Positions 11,681 through 23,100 of a DNA stretch of 64,000 nt are shown here, one piece after another. This stretch comes from Phoronis australis. Taxonomy: Eukaryota > Animalia > Phoronida. Location of the stretch: the NCBI GenBank assembly GCA_002633005.1, contig NMRA01000095.1:487901-551900 (forward strand). The letters are read 5' to 3'. How positions within the stretch are numbered: position 1 is the stretch's first letter; each line of letters opens with the position of its first letter. The position numbers and the translations under genes are program-made. A model generated the notes under the pieces. That model was given only the letters and a program-made list of their open reading frames with translations. It did not search any database and was not told the DNA's origin.

Positions 11681-14600
11681 TCATTTCTTTTTGTCGTGCG
11701 ATTTTGACGATGATTTCTTCTTGAGCAACAGTTTCTTGTCAGAACTCGAACTATCCGTTCCAGAGCCGGATGACCTGCTACTACTATTCGCAATACTGAG
11801 TTTACTGGAGGAAGTAGACGACTTGGAGCTTTGTGACTTTCCCTGCAGTGACTTGGAGTCTGGTCTATTGTTCTTAGGATCTGATTTTCCTCCAGCCAGT
11901 TGTACAAGTCCAGCCCAGCCTTTGGGTCCCTGAGAGGATTCTTTGGCAGCAGGCTGTAATGAGAGATTTTCAACTTAAATGTGCATAAATTAAAGCTTTC
12001 CTTTGAATTTTGCATCATAGTATCACACAGTGTCAATTGGTGACTGAATTTCTTCCAGTAAAAACTTTTGGTCATAAAAGCAAAACAAGAGCAACGCGGG
12101 GCATTGAAAGGCGCCCACGAATGCATTGCAAATGGTATGCTTTTAGGGTTGTTTATTTGTATCATAAACATGGAAACTGGATGGCGCAAAAACATACAAT
12201 CCATCCAAAAACAGGAACATGCCATATTTCATAAAAATCTGTTAAGGAACTTCAGAGAAACAAAGGAAAACACAATAAAATGAAATTGCCACTAGTGGGC
12301 ACAGTGTCCGTTGGATCTGCCTGAAAGTGGTCGCCGTCTGTTGTTATCTTCATATAAATACACTTACTAAATTTAGTAAAGATCCTGCAGTGGGTTTAAG
12401 TGATACAACTATGGGCGCAAAACAAAACTACCACTAGGAGGTGCCACAGTAATCAGTCACCATCATCAAAGGTCGTCTTCACACTGAGAACATATATACC
12501 AATTTTCAAATGATTTGGTTGATACAGGGATGGACACCAAAAATAAGATTTGAAAACAACAAAAGTGGTCACTAGGTGGTGCAAAATACCTTAATTCCAT
12601 CCAAAAACAGACAGATAGCATCATCACACCAATAGATAACTATATTTAAAATTTTGTGAAAATCTGTTGAGGACCTTTGAACATACTGAGTTAAACGTAA
12701 AAAAATAAAATTGACACTAGGGGGCACAGCAGTAGTCAGATCTGTCTGAAAGTCGTCGTCATCCGTAGTCAACATCACATAAATACACTTACTAAATTAA
12801 GTAAAAATCTTGCGAACGGTTTAGGAGATACAGCCATAGGCGCAACAAAAAGAAAGCTGCCACTAGGAGGCGCCACAGTAGTCAAAACCGTCAGAAAATC
12901 ATCGTCAAATGTTCTCTTTATAGTAAGTACATACATGCCAATTTTCACAATCACCCTTTGAGCGGTTTGGTTAATAGAGGGGTGGACGCAAAAAAACAGA
13001 CTCGAAAACAATGAAAATGGCTACTAGGTGGCGCAAACTAAGTCGAATCCATCCGAAAACGAGAGCATAGAGTCATCTCACTAATAGGTGCCTACATATT
13101 AAATTTCATGAAAATCCGTTAAAGACTTTTAAAGATACAAATTTAAACGTAAAAAAGTAAAATTGCCACTAGGGGGCACACCGGTAGTCGGAGCTGTCCA
13201 AAAGTCGTCATCGTCAGTTGTTGACATCATATAAATATACTAAATTTTGTAAAGATCCTGCGAACGGTTTAGGAGATACAGCCATAGGCACAAAAAAAAC
13301 TGCCACTAGGAGGCGCCACAGTAGTCGAAATCGTCGGAAAATCATCGTCAAACGTCCTCTTTATAGTAAGTACATACATACATGCCAATTTTCACAATCA
13401 TCCTTTGAGCGGTTTGGTTGGTAGAGGGGTGGACGCAAAAAAACAGACTCGAAAACAGTAAAAATGGCCACTAGGTGGCGCAAACTACCTCGAATCCATC
13501 CGAAAACGGGAGGATAGCATCATCTCACTAATAGATGCCTACATACCAAATTTCATGAAAATCCGTTCAGGACTTTTGAAGATACAAAGGTAAGCGTAAA
13601 AAAACTAAAATTGCCACTAGGGGGCACAACGGCAGTCGGATCCGTCGGAAAGTTCGCTCATGCCGTCCCATTCATGAATGGAACATATACGCCAAATTTC
13701 ATGAACGTATGTCAAAGGGTTTTGGAGATAGAGCCGCGGACGCCGGACGGACGGAGATGACGGAAAAATGCGTCCACATATAAATATGTGGGCGCATAAT
13801 AAATATGTGGGCGCATAAAAATGAGGTACAAAAGACCGATGTAAAGAGAGCCATTCCAAGAAGCTTTACTAAATGCCAATGCAGATCACTTGTGCTAATA
13901 AACAACATGTCAGGTGAGAAATGTGCTTTTTATGAAGTGTAAAAAATGGAACTATTTGTAATGAAAGCTAAGTAATCAACACATCTAGTGTTGCCCTGCA
14001 GTAGAGAAAGCAATGTGGCCTAGTGCAATAAGTGTCTGGGCTAATGTTGCCCTACAGTAGAGGAGGCAGTGAGACCTATTAGCATAAATGTCTGCTTCTC
14101 TGACTCAAGGTCGTGGGTTCGAATCCCAATGGGGCACACTCCTAGACCCTCGAGTCAGGTCTCTAGCTCTTCAGCTCGGTTTTAACGATAAATTAATAAA
14201 GCAAATGGTTCGAGGTTATCAGTGCAATGAGCCCACCTGAGGACCAGTGCATGTCTGGTGCACTGCAGGATACATACTTGAAGTGGCTGTCTCACTAACA
14301 TGCATTGTGTGAGTCTCATGGTGTCCTACTTTCTATGTACATAGAAAAGCTCACACTGATCGTAAAGCGGAAATTATCAAAAAAAGTTATGGATAAAAAA
14401 GGACTACATTTTTAAGACATCTACTCACACCATTTTGGAGACACACCCAATGTTTTGCTCGTCATGTGAATCAATTAATTTACCAGGAGATTTTAGCGCA
14501 GAGGACATGGTTTACCTTTAATGGATCCATGATGCGTTTGAATGCCATCATAGTCGATGGTATGTCCTTGGGCCTGACACTGCTCTCTTTGGTAACCAGT

Positions 14601-17600
14601 ACGGGGGCTGGTTTGGGTTTTTGAGATTTAGCAGATACCTGTAATTAAATAAAGTATCACAGTCAAACAGTCAAGAGTTAACTATGCTACAAGTTAGGTC
14701 AATGAGGCCACAGCCAACTAGTACTGAATGATCCGAAGGAAGTTACATTATGTTTCATGAGCAAACTTGAAATGTGTGCTTTTTAAAAAACGTTCAAGCT
14801 ACACATACATCTAGAAAAGCATAATCACGGAAAGTTCTCAAATTTTTCACATATAGACACATGCGCCTATGTTATGCAATTGGACGCAGCTCCAAAATTA
14901 GGCGCATGCGTTCAGTTGGAGGGTTTTGCAGTATGCAAGACACACACTTTGATAAGTTTTCACACTTGGATAGTGACCCTCTGAGACTACAGATGAGGAT
15001 GCGCAGATATTTCTATGAGAACATTGCAAAAATTTCAACCATAATCATTTTAGATGACAGTGATTTGGATTGTGAACTCTATGATTTATAGACCTAGTTA
15101 TTAATCCTACATTGAAAGCCAAATTTAGAACACTCCCTTCTTGTCTTGAGTCATAACTTGAGTCTGCAAAATGGAGCAAACGGTGCATGACTGTATCAAG
15201 TTCTTACAATGATAACTTGACATGAATGATCCTTGGGTCTATCCACCTACCATCTTTTTGAGATTCTTTGCACATGAGGAGCAGTACCAGACAAACCTAG
15301 GATCATTGACGTCTTCTGTGATTGGTGGTTTGTGACAATCCTGAGAACAGAAGAGATGATATGTCGAAGATATGATAACGGGCAAGTGACGTGAAGCAAT
15401 GCTGAACCAGTAGTAAGCCTCCAGGAAATCTGGCCAGTCATAGAACTCGCAAGTCTTCGTCATAAAAACAAGAACAATATCACATAACACTAATAACAGT
15501 AATTAAAATAATCCCAGCCAAAATTTATACAGTAAGTTATCGCTACACTATGTATTCAAACAGAGCATGTTAACTGTGAATTCAATGACTCCTATATGTA
15601 CTATAACCAATATCATACTCAACCTCCAGCACCAGTTCAAAGTCATCCATAGCAGAACTTTGACATACACCAGCTGCAGGAAAAGGGGAACTAAAGCTAT
15701 TGACACTTAAAAATCAACCTTCAACAAATGAACATTCTTGCAATTGATGAACTCAGTGTACTAAACAGATTGCTTTAACAAAATCTGCAAGACTGCAGCC
15801 CCACCTGGTGGTAAAGGTTGTGGCATTCTTGACACTCCACGAGTTGATTTTTGGACGTGACTTCAAATGTCCTGAAATCATGGCAGACAGTTTACTTCAG
15901 TGGTATGAATTCAATATCACCACAACAATGAGGAAAAAAGCCAATGCAGAAAAAGTGTACAGATTGTGTTCATGTCCAGCAAGTTCCATATAAAGCGTAA
16001 GCGGTATACGTGTATACTTTCAATGCTTATGTCTTCGAATGCTTTGCGAACATTTTCAAACCTGGTTTTATTTTTTCATACTAGACAAAGTGGTCACAAA
16101 TACTACCATGTGCTGTCACTGGATTAAAATCTACTGGTGTTTCTGCAACCAACGTTTCACCAAAGTTATTTACAGTGGATAGTAACATCTTTGGTAGAGC
16201 CAAAACGTAAAAAGTAAATTACAAAATACATATTTGGTGTTCTAGTTTCTAGAAAATAATTATCATTTCTGTGCCCAATTCGGAGTCCAGGAGAAACATA
16301 CCCGCAGTGGACACACGATATACCCATGCCGGAGACAAAGTCATCAACATCCATGCTATCTTCATCTTGGATTTTAGACTTGCCCACTTGACTTTCCTCG
16401 TCTCCGTCTCTGTCCAAAATCAAACTTGGTGATGATGATGAACTAGGGGAATCCAAACCGGACCTCTTTGAAACCAAAGAACCGGAATTCGGTGAATCTG
16501 TTCTTTTCTTTGCAGGAGCAGAAGTGAATGTAGAAGACATTTTAGGTTTCTTGCTAACAGGTTCACTTTCCATCGTGTCCCTTTTCACCTTCAACAAAAA
16601 ATCGAATGTCATTAAACAATTTTACCAACAGATAACACAGAATAAAACAGACGCAGTTGTTAAAAATTCCAAGTAGACCCCATATTACCAAAATAAGGGT
16701 TCCGTTATGTGTATTTTGTGATTTTTGTGTTGTATTCTTGGTATATTGTGCACTTATGTTGAGAAATAAACTAAATCTCCCAACCAATCACTGATTACAT
16801 TGAAAACTCCACATCCACAAGTATCGACACTTTCAAAAGTATAAAAACCTTACTTACTTTGGACAAACACCCACACAAGGACTGCTCCCTAAAACATTGT
16901 TTTTGGTCCCATAGAATTTTTTAATGAAAATCTCTGAATATTAACCTATGTTGACTGTTAAGCCATTCCCTCCACGTATGGTATGCATGTGGAAATGTTG
17001 TTAAATATGATAACTGATATCAAGTTTACAGGCTTTATGCCAAGAGGTAACCAATGCAATACTTTTTCAAAATTCTTTTTCTCTCCTTCTTTCTTTTCCA
17101 GTTCGTGTTTTTCTGTAGATTTGCTGTCTGTCTTCAGTGTCGGTTTCTCTAGCTGCAATAAAACTTTCACAGTAAAACTCTCGCCTAAAATCAAACATGA
17201 TAGATACTGTCCATAAAACATTGACTAGCTACCACCATTTAATGAAAATATTCATAAAGCACAGCAGCACGTTTTGTAATGTTCAAAATGGCAAACATGG
17301 TCTTTTAAGTCAAGTAATGCCTTTCTTAGGAAAAATGAATAAGACAGTGATTCCAAATCAGGTCACGACTATGAATACAGGATTTTAGGCTGTTTGAGAT
17401 GATATTACATTGGATTTCAACATATAAACAATGAAGCATCAGGTCTTACATTTCAATTTTCCACATTCCACTTAGCAACCACAACCACATTCCAAGTATG
17501 ACACGTACTGCCTTACCACCCCTCCGCTGTAATATAGCCTCATCCAGCATTGCTCTAAGCTGCCTGGCTGAATCTTCCCGTCTGGACTGTAGTAATTTGA

Positions 17601-17658
17601 GGGCCTTAACAAACACAGGATCCAACTCCTGTTGATGTTGAGACATAAGTGTCGCCAT
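11681..17658 (-). CDS. INTS12: Integrator complex subunit 12 (PHD finger), about 351 aa
   Basis: Exons 17658-17509, 17152-17063, 16588-16302, 15871-15805, 15340-15251, 14638-14516 and 11929-11681, with consistent phases. N-terminal ELDPVFVKALKLLQSRREDSARQLRAMLDE matches the INTS12 microdomain. PHD finger CVHC..[37 protein letters not shown], then a Ser-rich C-terminus with KGWAGL. Minus-strand AATAAA at 11259-11264. Confidence 0.95.
12084..13821 (-). mobile_element. Non-autonomous Helentron-type element (HINE / DINE-1 / pearl-like) with an internal tandem array
   Basis: Read on the minus strand: T-rich junction, 5' subterminal palindrome (13768-13797), degenerate (GTCC)n microsatellite (about 13737-13765), then about 10 core repeats of about 145 bp containing aaatttcatgaaaatccg-like motifs. 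These are followed by a matching subTIR gtgggcgc (12111-12118), a short 3' hairpin (12092-12106) and a T-run. No TSD. Confidence 0.75.
14060..14186 (+). mobile_element. tRNA-derived SINE
   Basis: B box ggttcgaatccc followed by the body ctagaccctcgagtcagg..cagctcggttttaac, which is shared with the copy at 26128-26253. A partial head duplicate lies at about 13989-14043. Confidence 0.75.
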
Positions 17659-18062
17659 GGTGAATTGCTAGAATCTATCTGAAATAAATACCAGTACAGT
17701 GAATTTCTTCATAGTGTTTGGTTATTAGTTTTATTCATCTCATCAATGAGGAAGTAATAAGTTAGGACTTGAGATCTAATACCATGTCTGAGTCTGACCT
17801 AAGCATTCCATGTCCTACATTTTCATCAGACAGCTAGATTTTCATCATTTCTTCTAATTTTCACAAATCAATGTCATTAATGAATTTCAAAGTCACACAC
17901 AGTCAACTTGGAAAGCAACCTCAGTCTGAACCAAAGTATTGTGCTACACTCAATTACGCGCATATTACACATGGTTTTCATTACAATTAATCACGTCATA
18001 GTTACACCTACAGACAGTCACAGGCGTCCTCAACTTCTGATCATCCCCAATACACTTTATAA

Positions 18063-18680
18063 TACTACAAGGTATGACACTCCTGACTAGAAATTCCACG
18101 TGTGCTTCACTTCAGCCGTCCATAGCAAACACAAAACTCAATAAATTTTCAAAAAACAGAGGTTCAACAAACCAAGAGGAATTGTTCTTTCTCCCAATAC
18201 CATTTACAGTGTCCAGCTCTCACCGAGTTTGCAACAAATTCGTGGTCAAAGCACAAAAATCTTCCCAAAAAGTCGCTGCACACCAGCAATATGCTACACG
18301 GAAATTGCCGGTTTGTCACGGAAAGTCACGGCATCAATAACTCCACTTAGCCAGACCATTTTGTAACTTTCCGAGGTGAACTGGCAATTGCCATCGATTC
18401 GTAACTCTTCGGATTATTCCGTACCCTACTTGACCTTGACAGCGTGAAGCATATTGCTAGTGTGCAGCGATTTTTTTAGAAGATTTTTGTGCTTTGACCA
18501 CGAATTTGTTGCGAACTCGGTGGAACAGGATCCCGTAAAGTGGTATTGGCAGAAAGAACAATTCCTCATGGTTTGTTGAACTTCTGTTTTATGTAAATTT
18601 CTGAAGTTTTGTGCTTGCTATGGACAGCTGAAGTGAAGCACCCGTGGAATTTCTCGTCCGGAGTGTCATACCTTGTAGTA
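18063..18680. mobile_element. Foldback-type MITE with TIRs of about 240 bp, TA-flanked, in the INTS12 5' UTR intron
   Basis: 18063-18300 (tactacaaggtatgacactcc...gcaatatgctacacg) is the imperfect reverse complement of 18443-18680 (cgtgaagcatattgc...ggagtgtcataccttgtagta), with a spacer of about 140 bp. Confidence 0.85.
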
Positions 18681-19090
18681 CATTATATAGTGTATTGGGG
18701 ACGATCAGAAGCTGAGGACGCCTGTGCAGACAGTGTGCTCGTCCCCTTCTTGACATCTGTGCAGACAGTGTGCTTGTCCCCGTCTTGTATTAGTTCTCCT
18801 ACAAATTACTCACAAGTTCTACGAGCACAACAACAATAAACATTTAGGGTGTCAAGTTGACACGTTTCAAGGATCAGGGTGTAAAATAATCACAGTGCTG
18901 ATGACACCCTTAGCTCATCTAGTCAACCAGGTAGCTGCAGGAAGACTGGTGTCAAAATATAGCGAGAGAACCATGTGTGTAAATTTCACACTGCCCGAGT
19001 ACTTCTGCTCATAACCTGGTCACAAAACTTATTTCAACATACAGAGCTAACGGCCGAGTGCACACAAAATTTGGGAGTCAACCGATACTC

Positions 19091-20119
19091 ACCTTGTCCA
19101 TTACAGCCGTTTAAGAGATAAACAATCTAGTAAATGTCATTTTGTTGTATCATTCTTCTGCTTTTGTAATGTTTACAAAGAAATGTCTGATCTGTCATTG
19201 ATTTGAAACAGTAAGAGATCGTCATGACATGCACGTACCATTTTCTCAATGTTTTGGAACATATTTTGGGAGAAAAAGACAACATCATTACAGCAAAATT
19301 GGTCAGAAATTCGGTTTGCTTGTAATAAAAATTATACCATAACTAACTATGGCAGTATGGAGAGAAACCAATACAGAAAATTGGTTCTGAGCTTTTTGCA
19401 ACTTTTTGGACGAACAGTTGCTAGAAAAATCGAAAAAAATTAAATTGATATAATGGCAAAGACCTATTTCACGACGCTGAAAGCGGATAGGTCTTCGACT
19501 TTTTGGCTTGCTAAACTTTAATTTTAGGACCTAAAATTTTTAGGGCCTACCATGACAAATAGGTGGGTCCTTGAAAGTGATTTGAGAACCAGTTACTCCC
19601 AATGAATAAAGCCTGTAATTTAGTGGAAGTAACTGGTTATCAAATACCTTTGAATTATTGACCCAAATATCTGACTATTAATCAGTTGAAGGAAGAAAAA
19701 TGCTTAGAAATTCACTCACCAACCACAGTTTTGAGCTCCAAGTGAACACAGAGCGGAAGTGATTGCTTTCCACTAGGGGGCACCTAGCAGCCTCGTTTCC
19801 AAGACGTGGGTAAACATTGATTGTAATGCGAAAGCCAGCCAGTTTCAAATCCTCGGTGTATTCAACAGGGCATGAGTACACTACGGAAGACTGTTCATGA
19901 TTAAAACGGACCGGTTTTGTATTTTGTTTAGGCTCTTATGTTTCCTTTACTCGCTCTTTATTTAACAAGACGTTGTTAAAGCGTTAAATATGCCAAAACT
20001 GAAAACACCCGATTTCCACCGACGCGACAGTGACAGTTGTTAGTGAACCTCAACGACGTCGAAACGAGATGTAGACAACTTATTTGTCAGACAATTTAAC
20101 TTCATTCAGTTATCCCAAG
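19091..20119. promoter_or_regulatory. Putative bidirectional promoter between INTS12 (-) and the KIAA1549-like gene (+)
   Basis: A minus-strand donor aag|gtgagt at 19093/19092 fits a non-coding INTS12 first exon (acceptor at 17679-17680). The + strand ATG is at 20120. ETS gcggaagt lies at 19753-19760 and CTCF-like ccactagggggcac at 19770-19783, with CpGs locally frequent. Confidence 0.55.
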
Positions 20120-23100
20120 ATGTGGTGGAGTGGTATTGCGTGGATACTGTTTGTGTGTATGTCTCATCTCAAACTTGGCTTATCACAAAATGTGACCAAT
20201 AGTACAGGTAAGTAATCACATTTTCTCTCAGACATGCAAACTCACATACTATTGCACTAATAGGCCAGGCAAACTAACACATCACTCATCAACTCTCACT
20301 TTGTTAGAGATTCGTGGTTGATTTACAGACCAGTCCACTCAATACTTTGATTTTAAGGGTATGTAGGACCCCATAAAAATGTCCAAATTTGGCTGACTTT
20401 GGAACATGATATCTCATAGGTGGCTATCGGATTTACGAATGAAAATAAAGTGTTAATGTAAAAAACTATAACAGCATTTTTAATGTCTCTGTTTGAACAT
20501 TTATATCAAATGAAATTTGGGTCAAAGTGGAGTAAATGGGCCCCTCTTCAAAATGGCTTGCGGGTACCAGTTTCACTGAATAACGGACTGTTATTCAATG
20601 AAAACCGTTTGGAACGATATGGGTTAAAAATGAGTAGTATAACAACAAACAAAATCTTCAACCAATCTTCACATTATTTAAACGTATTGGACTGTACTCC
20701 TTGTGCAGTTCATATTGTCTTACAGGTGATAAACATCATTCCCTTATTCTGCTGCTGAGTTTGTGAAGTGATCATTTGCACTGTGATAGACCAAGTAAGC
20801 CACCAGAAAGAGTTAACTGGAACTGCTTACGCGGTGCCCAACTCGCAGTCTACTGTTTGTCTGGGTTTTATAGTGACCAGGTATACCAAATAAATATGAC
20901 TTGCTGCCAACATTATGTTTGTGCTGACTATTCAATGAACTGGTCTTGTTTATAAATTTATATCGAGATCATAACAAATGTGGTGTCACTTAGCACTTTA
21001 TAATTCAGGAAAACCAAACATTGCTTAGTAAATCTTGCTTTGGCAAAGTTTTCTCCATCATTAATCCCAAACAAAAAGTCATGTAAATGGTCCGTGTGTG
21101 TATGTCCCAAGCATGATGTTTTGAAACTGACAACACCTTTCATTGTTACAAATTTGAAGGTAGGAGAGAGATACAAGGAAATAACTTTTAGGTTGTGTTT
21201 GGAGTTGCTGGAACCATTCTTTGGCAAATAAGACTGTTAAATTTCTGAATACGATGGTTGAAATTCAAATTAAACCAATTTTTTTATGTTAAATATCCCC
21301 AGACAAGTCTGACCCTTCTTGCCAAAATTAAAAATGTCACGTTGATGGAAAAAAATTGTCTTGAACTTTGTGAAAATGCCCACTTATAGATCTAATCTTG
21401 TTTAGTTTCATTTCTTTATAATTCAAAACCAGCCAAAACTGATAAAAAACAATGATTCGGGAACTTTAAATGACCTTAATGAGCAAAGATTTGCAAAAAA
21501 AGCTTTGCATAGTAGAGCATGCTACATTTTGGTGTAGATTTCATGTTGAAAGAATTCCAACCAGAGTCATGGCGAACTGAAAAAGCCAATTTCATTTGTT
21601 AGCCAGTTTTTACTGACATCGAATCTTAGCTGTATTCTGACATCTCCGAGTAGCTGGGTGGCGTAACTGCCTATTAGTTGGCATTACATTCTTGTTGTAA
21701 GACATCACGTTTTTGGACTCTATAGCCTGTCAGTGCACCAATTAGATATATGAAGAGGAAACTTTTTAAAGAAATACTAAAAACTGGGGGAAAACGAGTT
21801 GTGTGTTATGTTTAATAATTCTGTAGTAAATGAATTGGAGTATAAGAAACACTATTAATTTTTGTCAACACGTATCCTTCAACGGTACATGGCGGGGTTT
21901 TGTTAGCTGTTCTTTCATCCCAGAGGTCTGGTTCTCAGACATCAACTTTTCCTTAGTATAAATATTTGATTTGTTGTATTATGATTTTTAGAGACAATTC
22001 CGTGCACTTAGAAATATTGCTTGATCACTGGTTGGATAGTTTCCTAGGTTCTAAAAACCGGCAGTCAATGGACATCAGTGGAGGGTCTTCATTGATGGTA
22101 GACTAGCACTATTATTCGAAAAGAATGAAATTTATATTCTGCTGCTGGAACCCATAGGGGGCAGTGACTCATGATGGAACCATGTGGAGTCCATGCTGTT
22201 TTAATTAGTGAGCAAGGTTTTCATAGCACTGTGATATTTTGCTTTGTTTTCAACACAAACATAAGTGGTATTACTGTACCTATGGAAATAACCACACTGT
22301 TTTTGTTTTCTTCTTGTTAAGGTTGATTCTCTCATTTTTGCAGCTCCTTTGTATTAAGTAATTTAGGATAATTGTGTGATTTTAGCTAGTTTTTGTTTTC
22401 TCATGAGTATATAGTGATTATCAACCATAATTGTGTAATGTTTAATGTTAAAGAAATTCAAATCTCTAATTGCATCTCATTCATCAGATATAGGTAATAT
22501 GTTATTCTTATTTTGTTGGTGGACATCTAGCCATGATCTACCTTCCCTGATGGTAAATTTCTCAACCATAATTTACAAAGGATAGAACGAGAAGGATACA
22601 AATGACCTCAAATATTGAGTCAAATCAAAAACATTCTATTGAAAGTGCATGAACTACTTGTGGTTGTTGGAACAGCAAGCAGTTTTAAAATCTGCCCAGG
22701 AGCTGGCATCATTAACTTTATCTTTTAAGTACAGAGCTGGTCTAGGATACACACTACATAAACAATGTCTTCTCTTGTTTACTACAAAAAGCTAACCATG
22801 CTTGGAGCCCTATAAATCAAGTTGTAATTTGGCATCTATTCCTATATGTTTTAAAATCGGTGATGTTTATGGCATTAAACATTTCGTTTCTCAGGTTTTG
22901 CAAATTTCCTTCACCTCTCGTTTTCACTATAAAGACAGGTTTTTGTTGTGCAACAAAGGTAGTTTAGCAAAATATGAAAAACAGTTCAAAAATCTGATGT
23001 ACGTCTGGGCTTTTATAGGTGTGTATGTGCATAACTTTGGTATGTTTGGCAAAATCTAATATACAGTATATATATATATATATGTACCAAGCAGGTAAGT

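Noticed and set aside
11586-12225. ORFs 11586-11933 (+) and 11644-12225 (-)
   Set aside because: They are the antisense and an alternative frame of the INTS12 last exon. The frame joined by splicing is 11929-11681.
12289-13627. Regularly spaced repeats suggestive of a CRISPR array
   Set aside because: The context is a eukaryotic intron, the spacers are themselves repeated, and there are no cas genes.
8690-17658. FGFR1OP2 next to an Integrator subunit gene, echoing human FGFR1OP2-INTS13
   Set aside because: INTS12 and INTS13 are not homologous and the orientation differs (tail-to-tail here), so I treat it as coincidence.
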